A DNA stretch of 64,000 nt from Eledone cirrhosa (Eukaryota): NCBI GenBank assembly GCA_964016885.1, contig OZ024741.1, forward strand, positions 294,996,001-295,060,000, in the 5' to 3' direction. Of this stretch, positions 27,274 through 38,360 are shown piece after piece. The position numbers and the translations under genes were made by a program. Numbering within the stretch: position 1 is the stretch's first letter; every line of letters begins with the position of its first letter. The notes under the pieces are model-generated. The model had not been told where the DNA came from. It was given only the letters and a program-made list of their open reading frames with translations, and did not search any database.

Positions 27274-27790
27274 ATGGGCAGAAATAACAAAATTGCCATG
27301 GTGATATCCATGGATGAAGTATGCGACAAAACTGGTCGATGTTCCAAAATAGAACATTGCCCAGAAAATCACACCTGCCATATTTGTACGGAACCCGAAA
27401 ACTCATTCCGTAATCGCTGGGTCGAATGTGGAACCTGTCGCATCTCTGTCTGCCTTCAATTCGCCACAGGCTTCCGGAGGATCCTAGGCCAAAAAAAGAG
27501 ACATCATATTGCTATGATGGATGGACTCTGGGAGATGGTCCAGCTAAAATCCTGGTCCTTTAAGTGCCCGCCTCCACCAATGTTATTGAAAAACAAAAAC
27601 AACAAAAAACGATGACTGTATCTTCCTCTGTCGTTGTTACTGAACAACGGCAAAACCTATGACACTGGCTTCTGCTGTTATTCGTGTGGAAGAACATCAG
27701 AAACAACAACAACCCATGTCTTCCGCTCCCATTATATCTCAACACCAACAACCGACAACTGTGTCTTCCCCTACCATTCCCGTGGAGGAA

Positions 27791-27831
<41 letters not shown>

Positions 27832-28471
27832 ATCGACCAGTACAGATTTTGCAGAATTGCAACAAATGATTTCTGCTTTAAGAAGGGAAGTAACAGGAAT
27901 AAAAGCAAGCATTCGGGTAGGACCCCACAATGAGGGGTCTTATCGGAATGCCTTGCTAAAGAATCTCCCTGTACCTCTTGCCGTATCTGGGCACACTGAG
28001 AAGATTGCGGAATCTGCCACCCATGAAATAATTGCCAGTGGGGTACCAGAGGACAAGGCTGATCTCCAAGCATTTGCTGCCAGCTCAGCCAAAGACCTAG
28101 GCTGTATTCCCCCAAAGGGTGCTCTCCGCCTTGGTCGACCTGGTCCAAAATCCAGACTCATCAGGCTGTCTTTTTCGGACCCCGCTGAGGCAATTTCATA
28201 TCATCTGGCCTCTGTTAAAGCTGGGCGTGAAAATCGGATTATCTTCCGAACACGCCCAGGCCTACCACCCAATGTATGTCCAAAGCTACGTGCTGCAGCT
28301 TCCTTGAATCGGAACTCAGCACAACATGAAAGTTTTAGTCTGCGTGATGATGGGCAGATCTGGAGGTTTGTTAAGGCTGGTGAAATGTGGAAGAGAGATA
28401 CCAGCTGGTCTGAGTGTGCTCAACCCACAATAACTGGCAATGAAAAAACTGCAACAACTCTGGGAAACTAA
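27274..28471 (+). pseudogene. CR1 ORF1 (Cys-rich PHD-like finger, coiled coil, RRM-like region), frameshifted near 27570-27660
   Basis: CHIC...WVECGTC...FKCP; ELQQMISALRREV; SYRNAL; IIASGVPED; RLGRPGPKSRLIRLSF. Confidence 0.75.
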
Positions 28472-28519
28472 ACCAGAACAACCTGCCATCCTCTACACAC
28501 CATCATAAACTGCAAGCAG

Positions 28520-31199
28520 GGTACAAATTGTTGTCCTTAAATGCTCGCAGTTTATGCAACAAGATACATCTGTTTAACTCCTACGTCAGAAGCATCGACC
28601 CTGACTTCATCACAGTCACGGAAACATGGGCACATTCCTTACTCTGTTTTCAGCATTACTGGGTACAACCTTTTCTGCAAGGACTGCATTAATGGCCGTG
28701 GTGGTGGTGATGGTCTACATTCGTTCAGACTTTTCGGTAATTCCTTGCGGTGATTTGAACGAATCACAAGAAGTTTTTTTTTGTGACATGTATGACCATG
28801 TCAACACTTCTGCTTGATGTTGTTTATCGCTCCCCAAAATACCATTAAGACACACAGCTTTGCGATATCCTCAGAGCTGCTGCCAGGAAAACAGCCACTT
28901 ATGTGTTTATTGCAGGTGACTTCAATCATCCTGAGATCGATTGGGAAACCTTTCGTTGGCCACAAAGTGCAAACGATTTCCTTGAGCTAGTGCTGGACTC
29001 AAACTGGTCACAAGTAGTCACCTCTCCAACAAGAGGTGACAACACTTTGGACCTGATCTTCACCACTACTCCTGAAGTGGTTATCAGTTGTACTACTGAG
29101 GAACCTCTAGGCGCCTCTGATCATGCTATGATCATTGTCAATCTGGCTCTTGCGGGCAGCAACAAAAACCAGAACCATCTCCAATCCGCTTGCTTTGATT
29201 GGAAGAAAGTAGATTGGTATGAGTTCTATAACTCTGGAGATGTGAACACTATACTCCAGAGCATCCTGGACTCAATATGTATAGCGTGTGCAGCATCGTT
29301 GCCACGTAAGCAGAAAAAAAACCACCCCAAAAGTGCAATTTGGGAAACTTCAGCGGTCCGACTTGCCAGGAAAGAACGTTGGAACGCTGAACGGGAATAT
29401 AAACTGCATAAATCAGATGCCAACAGAAAAAAAGCGGAATAAATCTTCCAACCATCTCAAGCAAGTGACAAAAAGGCAGTGTTTGAATTTGAACAGTGCA
29501 TAGCAACCAATCCTGACAGTAAGGTATTCTGGAAATATGTTCATTCAAAGCAGAGACCTCACTCTCCAGTTGGTCCTCTTCGCAATCCCCACACAAGCCA
29601 GATCACTGACGATCCCAAAGAATGCACAGAACTCATTGCTGAGTGCTATGCAAGCATTTTTACTGTTGAAAACCAGAATGTACCATCTCCACCATCTCTA
29701 ACATCAAATTCCATAACAACTATGGACGTCACCTTAAGAATAAGTGCAACTATGCCTCCCCTGGTCTTTATGGTGTTACATACCTGCTTCTCAAACGTGG
29801 CGGGTGCTTCCTTTTGCACCAGCTTTCTTTCTTCTTTCAATACTGTCTCAACAATGGTGCTACTCCGGAGCAGTGGAAAACTGCCAGTGTCATTCCCCTG
29901 TTCAAAAATGGCGACCGCACGTCACCTGTCAACTATCGTCCAGTCAGTCTTACTAGCTGTATTGCCAAACTGATGGAATCCTGTGTCAGAGAAACACTTT
30001 GGAACTTCTGGAGCTCTCACAGCCTCAACTGGCCCTCGCAGTTTGGATTTATCCCTAACTCCAGCTGCTGTGATCAGCTTATCGAGTTCCTTGAAAACAT
30101 TACCCGGATCACTGACAGCGGCTCATGGGTGGATGTTGTTTATCTTGACTTCGCTAAGGCTTTTAATTCTGTGCCACACAAAAGACTTATGGCGAAACTC
30201 TCTGCAATGGGTGTGAAGGGTGATCTTTTTAACTGGTTGAAATCCTTATTCTCAGCCGAAAAGAGGTAGTCACGGTTCTAGGACAGCATTCTTCACCATA
30301 TGAGATGTCATCTGGTGTACCACAGGGATCTGTTCTTGGTCCCCTTTTGTTTGTGGCATATATTAATGACATAGATGCCAACTTAAAGAATGCCACGGTA
30401 CTGAAATATGCAGATGACATCAAGCTGTACCTTGAAATCAAAAGGACTGATCCTGAAATCTACAACTCTTTCCTACAATCAGACCTGGACACAATGCAGC
30501 AATGGATCACAGACTGACAACTGAAGCTGGCTGTGGACAAGTGTATCACCATGCATTTTGGGAGGAAAAATCCAGCGTCTACATGCTCCCTCCACAACAC
30601 TGATATCAAGAAGTCCTCTTGCGAACGTGACCTGGGCATTACTGTCAGCAGCGATTTGCGTTGGACAAAGCATGTCTCTAAGATTGTCAAGAAGGCCGAG
30701 GGTGTCTTGGCATCACTCAGCAAGACCCTTGTTAGCCGCTCTCCAGCCATCTATTTAAAGCTGTATACAGCTATGGTACGACCACACTTGGAATTCGCAT
30801 CATCGGTCTGAAGCCCCTATTTTGCTCAGAACATTGACCTCCTGGAAACTGATCAGACGTGCAACCAAGCGCATACCCTCCATTAGACACCTACCATACG
30901 CTGAACGCCTATATTCCCTGGGCATGGATTCATTGAACTTGGTAAACACCCACAAAGTTATTAACCATCTCGCCAACAACAACAACCCTGAGCACCTTTT
31001 TGATCTCCATGTGTCTAACACACGTGGACATGCCTACAAAATCAGAAAACAGCACAGCTCCCATGACAGTCGGAAACATTTTTTCACGTTTAGAGTTGCT
31101 GAAGCATGGAACAAACTGCCTGTGTCAGTTGTTAGCTGCGGAGACATTGCATCCTTTAAAACCCTCATGCTTCCCGAAATTCGCCAAAACTACACCTGA
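28520..31199 (+). pseudogene. CR1 ORF2 (AP endonuclease and reverse transcriptase), multiple frameshifts and stops
   Basis: LNARSL...ITVTETW, AGDFNHP, PTRGDNTLDL, SDH; NYRPVSLTS, YLDFAKAF, GVPQGSVLGP, YADD, RPHLEF. Confidence 0.92.
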
Positions 31200-31418
31200 T
31201 GTACCCCTTCCATACACATGCACACATGTATATCATGACTCATGCACCGTTCATTTTCCTAACGTTTGTACAATACCCTATGTACTATACATACACTTTT
31301 TGATGTGTTGTAGTGCACCTGAGCACTGTAAACAATATTTTCATTATTATAAACACATATTAAATTTTATTTTCTATAGATAACTCCAATAAAACTTCGA
31401 CCATTAGAGGTTGTTATT

Positions 31419-31420
<2 letters not shown>

Positions 31421-31512
<92 letters not shown>
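31421..31512. repeat. (TG)n microsatellite
   Basis: Direct reading. Confidence 0.95.
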
Positions 31513-31517
<5 letters not shown>

Positions 31518-31959
31518 GTTAGTTCACAATGTTTTTCTTTTCTTGATTATAATAATGTTTTTGTCAAACTAATAAATACATATAAAATGAGAATGTCGTT
31601 CAAAGTAGCGTGCTGCTGTGCTTGAATGGACTAAAAGATTAACGAGCATGCCTCGTCATCATTTCAATACAAAACAGCTGTAGTGAAACAAGGGAAATAA
31701 CTTTTGTCAAACATTGCGTAGAGTTATGTCCCTGGTTTCAGTTGCTTTATTTATTGAAAAGATTTTTCCGTCTTGTGAGCCGAGCATTTATTTGATAACT
31801 ACTGTTTTTATTTTAAGTACTGTTTAACTACTGTTTTTATTTCAAGAGTTTACAATATACCATATTTTGTAAGGCAAGTAAATGGATTGCATGTTAGGTT
31901 TTCAGGTAATTTTGTGGAAAACTGTACTGTTTATACATGAGTATATATGGTATAAAAAG

Positions 31960-32442
31960 ATGGGTTGTCTTGTTGTGGGCAATGTGAAGTTGACTGACCT
32001 TGTCTTGCTCGTACGGGAACTGATTTTGGCTTGATTTCTACAGCTGGATGCCCTTCCTAACACCAACCTCATTTTTTTCCGTGGCGCCTACACGTCCATT
32101 TTATAGTGTGGTCTGGGTGGTTTTTGTTGTGACACCTCCACGACCACTTTGCAGTGGGAGGGGATGGGGGCATATTGCCTATATATATATATATATACAA
32201 CAAGCACACACTGTAACGTGGTCGTGTAGGTATCATGACAAAAAGCACGCAGTCCACACTGTAAAATGGTTGTGTAGGAGACATCACAAAAAGCACCCAG
32301 CACACACTGTAAATGTGATTGGCATTAGGAAAGGCATCTAGCCATAGAAAACCACATAGAAACAGTCCTATATGAGCGAGGTACAGTCATCTAACCCAAT
32401 TTGCCTCTAAATGGGACAAACCCATTTAAACGATGATGATGA
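31960..32442. mobile_element. Two old RTE 3'UTR remnants in opposite orientation around a short (TA)n
   Basis: 31960-32180 (-) and 32200-32442 (+) match the RTE 3'UTR (ttaggaagggcatccagctgtagaaa motif). Confidence 0.7.
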
Positions 32443-35400
32443 TATATATATATATATATATAAAATAAAGTGAGAGAAACACAGAAATATACATATATGC
32501 GTTCAAATCACAAGGGATGTTATATATATATATGTATATATCTGTGTTTCACTCTCTTTATTATATATTATATTATAAGGATTGGAAAATTGTTTTTCCT
32601 TGAGCTATTTTAATTATAAGGGACTATTGTGAGTTTTTAATTCAATATATACTTTTGATATATGTATGTATGTATGTATATAATACATATACTTATATAA
32701 CTTTGCATGCATACTAAAACAAACATCTCAGGGTTATATGTATACAGGACATGTCTGCTAATGCATATCAACGTGCAAACGTGATCATGTGACTTTTAAA
32801 ATCATGACCTATGATGCTTCTAAACATACTCGATGAAATATTATCATAGAATATTTTTAAGCCTGTCGATATAGTAGACTACTATTGGAACCAGAAATTT
32901 ATATATTTATTTATTTATTTTATAATCTCACATTTGCCTCTTGTCATGTCATGCAAGGCTTTGCTTGCCTTAAGCATGATAAAGATACAGAAATATTTTA
33001 TTCTCTGAAAATAGAAACTAACATAAGATAGTAATGAAATGAGAAAGAAAACTTGTATATAAAAAGTAGTATTATCAAAATACTTTCCATGTTTTAATGG
33101 ATTAATGAAATAAAACTATTGGAAATGACACAAACGTTTGTGGTGAGTTTATTCATAAAGAAGTTATATACATTGTAACATAAAGTTACAGAATATTATA
33201 TAATATTCTGTAACTTTATATGGAGTTAGATATCTTCATATTGTGACCGACAGAAGACAGAGTAAGGACATTTTCCCCATGACATTAGCCAGACCATTGT
33301 ATGTTAAGCACTATAGGATGATGAATTAGCAGTCATTAGAACCTCAGATTAAAAGCCTTGTGGTGTTAGCGTATAGAGAGCTCTCTGTACCTTGAGTTCA
33401 AATCAACTCTACCTTTTATCCTTTCAAGATTGATAAATTAGGTACCATTCTGTATGTACTGGGTACATTTGTCAAGTTACCAGCACTAGAGAGGTTACTG
33501 TGTTGTTACAGAAGAGTCTTCTCACCTCTTTTGCTCATGGTTTCTAAGGATGACAGCTTTTTCTAATACCACTACACAGTATACACCTGTATTTGATATA
33601 TATTACTAGTGTACCAATAGTGTGGATTATAGTTAAAATATACACACACACACAGTCATTTCTATATATGTTTGAAAGTAGGTCCCAATTGGACATTTTT
33701 TGACAGCTTGTGATAAGGATTGAACAAAACAGTTTCATTGTTTTTTTACAGTTCATCTGGATCTGCTTACATCTCCCACCAAAGATGTGGAAGATTATTT
33801 ATTAAAATTTGAACAACGATGTATCAAGTCAAAATTAATTTTCTTTATTTTTTAATTACGAACGTCGGATAGAGTGCTTGTAGTATTCGTTCTAGCTCTC
33901 TTCTCTCTGAGTTCAAATCCCGCAGAGGTCAACTTTGCTTTTCATCCTTTCGAGGTTGATAACAAAAAGTATCAGTCTAGTACTGGGATCGATTACTCCT
34001 CTATATCTCTTTCTCACTTCCTCTCTGTCACTTTCTATCCTTCTCTGGAAGAAATCTGCTATACTCAGGCTTGGAGAGGGATGGGCTCCGCCAGGCTTAA
34101 AATACATAGGAAACGCTATCCCTACGACTCCCTCGGGAGTTACGGGACTTTCTTTCTAATTACGATCGAAATATGATATTGTTTGCAGTTGCTAAGACTG
34201 TAATCGATAAAGGGAGAAAACTCCAAAGCGACTGCCATAAAATATGTGCTCGCACGCACACACACAATCTTGCATTAAAGTTTGCATTAGTTGTCCAATC
34301 GGGACCACAAAGCGGTAATGTTCAGAAGAACATTACAAATATGTCGTTGATAAACACATATAAACGCATAAAAGAAAGAGAAAAAAAAAAAAAATGGGGG
34401 AGGGCAAAAACAAAAACGACCATCAATTCACCACTAAGTGCGACAATCGGCCGCACATCATATCATAAGGGTTAACTAAACACTTTGTGGCAAGCTAATA
34501 CACTTGCAGCATTGCGACGAGTAACGGCGAGAATAATGTTTTCAGACAGCCTTACAACACTCTCTCTCTCTTGTGTGTTTGTTTCTATTAACTTGTTTTT
34601 AAGGAAAATTCGATATCTAGATAAACTAACTTTAACTGAAGAGTAAATTTGTAGAAACTACTAACAGAAACAAAAAGAATGTATATTTCTTTTAAGTATA
34701 AATTATCTTCTTTTTTTTAAACCCAGTCTGTTGATATAGTGTGTAATCTTCATTTATCTGACTCCCTTGAAATACCACCAAAAATATTCTCTGTGAATTA
34801 ACAAATATATATATTTATTCCTTCTTCATCTAAGCCCTCTTGCACCGTTCTCTCCCCTCTTTATCAACTGACACACTTGGGATACTTTTAATCGTCTTTA
34901 TTTGTGTAATTTGCCGAAAAGCATAATGTGTCCAGCCTTTGTCACTATCTGTTTTGTACATCCCAGTGTGCATTAGAATGAATAGTATCAACCTTAATAT
35001 ACCGAAACTGTAGTGATTTCCAGAGGTCGACTGAGGAGATGAAACTGTCCATTTTTCCATTGTATTTTCAATTGTCTTCATATTGTACGGGACTTTTTTG
35101 ATACTATATATGTGTGTGTATGAGAGAGAGAGGGGGAGAGATAATGTTAAGCAATGAAAAAATAAAACAAGGTAAAGAAGTTGATTAATGATGGATGTAC
35201 ACTTTTGAGGCTAATGTTATGGAGTTGTATCAGTGTTATTGATTGGTCTGTGCATTGATAATTGTGCTCTCTGAAAAGGTCATAAAAAATGAATCAATTA
35301 ACTATTTTACTTTATTTTATTCTTTTATTGTTTAACATTATATATCTCACTATGTAGGCTTGAATACTCAACAATATATATGAGGATATTGTATTTCTAC

Positions 35401-36246
35401 AGAAACATATTTCCCTTTGCTTTGATGAGATATATAAACATCAACACAACATAAATTCTAAAATGGTTATAAATCCTACTTTGATTGGGTTGAACACTAA
35501 CAAGTGGCCAAACTTTGCCCTGCTCCAAATTTTCTGGCCTTGTGCCTAGATTAGAAATCAATCTTATGTTAAGTTAATAACCGTTTTTATTTTCAAAATT
35601 AATATTCATTTCATCATTTTGTATAAGCACCGTGAAATTATAAATATGTAACTTGACTTGATATTACCAAGAGTGGCAAATGTATAGTCCCAAATTACCA
35701 GTGTTATGATAGGTCACACCCATGTATAAATTATCTACTCTTGGATCACAAACAAATAATAGGGAGCTTGGAATAAGCAGAGGAGAGATGGAAGTTTGGT
35801 AAACTTTCTAGGTTTTTTTTTTTTTTCAAAAAGCAGAATTAGTTGTTTAGTTTACATATTGAGACCCCAACCCATCCTATTTGTTTTATAACGTATTGGA
35901 CTTCTAGTAATATACTTTTTCGTCATGTATAATGTTTTTTAGTGTATAGAGACAATTAATTTCCAAAATTTAATGGGGAGTGGGGCACCTGAAAATTAAT
36001 AAATGAATGGGGAGACGATTATTCAAGAACTGAAAGTACTAGTCTGTATACACTATTTAATTCCACTGGTATCCTTCCAAATCAGGAACTTTATTTATGG
36101 ACACAGGCTTACCTGTATGGTTAAGAAGATTGCTTCTGCACAAACATTTGATTCTGGTGCATCAAAGAAAAATATCTTGTAGTAGCTGAAAGTGTATATA
36201 TGTTTATACATAATAAACATACATTATCTGGTTATGAATATTTTAA

Positions 36247-36654
36247 CCCTTTAGCATTCACATTATTCTGTGGATTGGCAGTATCGGTAGAGGGTCGGAC
36301 GCCATGCTTTGATGCATAGTTACGGCCCTTGCCATTCTGAGTTCAAATCACGCCGAGGTTAACTTTGCCTTTCATCCTTACGGGGTCGATAAAATAAAGT
36401 ACCAGTAATGCACGGGATAATTGCTGGCCTTGTGCCAAAAGTCGAAACAATTATTCTATATATACTATTATATTTTCATGGTAAATGCTTTATCTCACAT
36501 AATTATCTCACATAATATCGAATCTATGAGATTTTGAAAGTATTTATTTTGAGAACAATAACTTAACATCAGTTTGAGCGACCAGTTACAGCCAGTTTCA
36601 ACAGCAAGAGGTAGAGAATTCTGGCCGATTTTTGCCGGTTTGAACATTAAAGGG
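36247..36654. mobile_element. piggyBac-type MITE with a nested SINE
   Basis: TTAA at 36243-46 and 36655-58; TIRs ccctttagcattca / tgaacattaaaggg; SINE family 1 at ~36270-36455 (+) with attattct duplication. Confidence 0.8.
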
Positions 36655-36953
36655 TTAAACTATATTCATATCACAGCTACATCAGTAACTATGTGAGAAT
36701 ACCAAATACTTGCATTTCAAGGTTGTTAATCCATCATCAATGACACTTACTTGTGATAGCTAATACATCTATCTTATACATTTTTTTACTCTGCCATTTT
36801 ATAAATAGAAATCAATAAACTGAGTACCAGATAAATTACTGGTAGTTGATTTTGACAAAAAAACCTCAACATGGTTTCAGTTATTTTAGCGACACTATTA
36901 AATTAATAGATGTCAGAATTATTTGATCTATCCATCATTCCGGCTTTTGGTAC

Positions 36954-37526
36954 AGTGATTCCCGAAACAAGTTCCAGAGAAACCCCAGGGTTCTACTATA
37001 AAAAAAAAAATCTGCATTTCTTTTCATAAAATATAATACAAATTCATTATTTGACATAAAACGAAAAACATAAGCACAACTTTTCACAGAAACAAACATT
37101 ATACACATCAATCAACAGATGATATCACTTCCAGTAGCTATTAATGGACCACTGCTTACAAACAAAGGAATAAAAAAAACAACAGCAATAGTACAAACTC
37201 CGACCTAGTTTCTTATTATCGTCTTCTGTTGAAGGGTTTTAGATCCAAAACATTAAGACTGGTAAATAAAATAACAGGTGACACGCCAATATCTTTGTTG
37301 CCTTCAATTTATTCTGAAATCTACTTTCCATTTTGCATTGCCATAGCCTTCAAGTAACATACTACTTTCATATAATTAATTTTCTCTTTTAAACAATTTT
37401 TGTTTCCTTTAATGTCTCATTAAAATGAATGGTATGAATGCAGATTATCTATGACACATGTATTGGTTCCACAATATTTTGAAAATTAGCTAAGGCTTAT
37501 GTAACATATAAATTTGGGAACCATTG
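36954..37526. mobile_element. Possible hAT (Charlie-like) non-autonomous element
   Basis: Ends cagtgattcccg / tgggaaccattg resemble CAGTGGTTCCCA TIRs; 8-bp TSD not evident. Confidence 0.45.
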
Positions 37527-37874
37527 CTATAGAAGATAATATTTCATCACAATTATTTTACTGTTTCATTATAAGTTACAGATGTCTGCATTAGAGAATA
37601 TTTCCATGAAGCTTTACATTATCTTGTCTCTTCTGTTAGATCTAACATAATTACATCTGATCTAACACAGAAACTTCTGATCTGATATAATCGCTCCTGA
37701 TCTAACAAGTTTCTTCTTTCTATGGCTCCAGTGGTCTGCCGCTATTGTACATATGTTTAGTCACCAACACATAATACTTTTTCAGCATGTATCAGCCATT
37801 CAAATTATGTCTTTATCAATGTATCAATCTCTCCAGCATATGTCAGCATGTATGTCTCATAAGTAGTTACATTT

Positions 37875-38103
37875 GTAACCCTTTAGTATTTAAACTGGCC
37901 ATATCTGGCCAGAATTCTCTCACCTCTTTCTGTTCAAACTAGCTGTAACCGGCCACTCATACTGATGTTAACGTATTGTTCTCAAAATAAATAATATCAA
38001 AATCTCATATATTCGATATTATATGATATAATTCTGTGAATTAATGCATTTACCATAAAAATATAATAGTAAATATAGAGTAATATAAATTCTAAAAGGT
38101 AAA
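37875..38103. mobile_element. piggyBac-type MITE, inverted relative to 36247-36654
   Basis: aaccctttagtatt...tctaaaaggt ends and internal homology. Confidence 0.75.
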
Positions 38104-38149
38104 GTCATTTGTTTTTACCTTTCAGAAAATATAGCTTCATTTTTGTATG

Positions 38150-38360
38150 TTTTTTGGCAAAATATTTTATGTGGAATCTTATGTTGAAGCATATATTGTT
38201 GAGGTTTGGAAGGGTCATGTTGCCAATTAAAACACATGCACTAGTTGAGTTTCACATCAGTTTTATAGTTAATCAGAAAGTTAATCCATCTGTCAGTTGG
38301 TTAACCAATTAATTAATTAATTGTCAATGTCCTTCTGTCACTGTCTTGGACTATATTGAT
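38150..38360 (-). mobile_element. Degenerate copy of the PLE 3' end at 57300-57545
   Basis: Shared tgttgaa...atattgtt...tttgg.agggtcatgttgccaat..aaacaca.gca..agtt..tttcac. Confidence 0.6.

Larger units (their letters stand above)
27230..31350 (+). mobile_element. Full-length decayed CR1-group LINE (ORF1, APE-RT ORF2, 3'UTR)
   Basis: ORF1 and ORF2 as below; 3'UTR stem-loop agtgc-acctga-gcact and (ATT)n end. The 5' boundary is uncertain and no clear TSD was found. Confidence 0.9.

Noticed and set aside
34630-34670. CTGAAGA...GAAA hammerhead-like spacing
   Set aside because: Stem I does not pair and stem II is marginal
34830-35081. 83-aa ORF with a hydrophobic stretch; also CTGAGGA-gat-GAAA-ctGTC near 35030
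   Set aside because: No recognisable domain or splice context, and the ribozyme-like match has no stem II
36112-36185. Minus-strand exon-like segment with good splice sites
   Set aside because: The donor lies in a decayed SINE-like head; no supporting homology
37635-37707. Four ~21-nt units containing gatct.a, superficially repeat-spacer-like
   Set aside because: A short degenerate minisatellite in eukaryotic DNA; not CRISPR (no cas genes, units too short)
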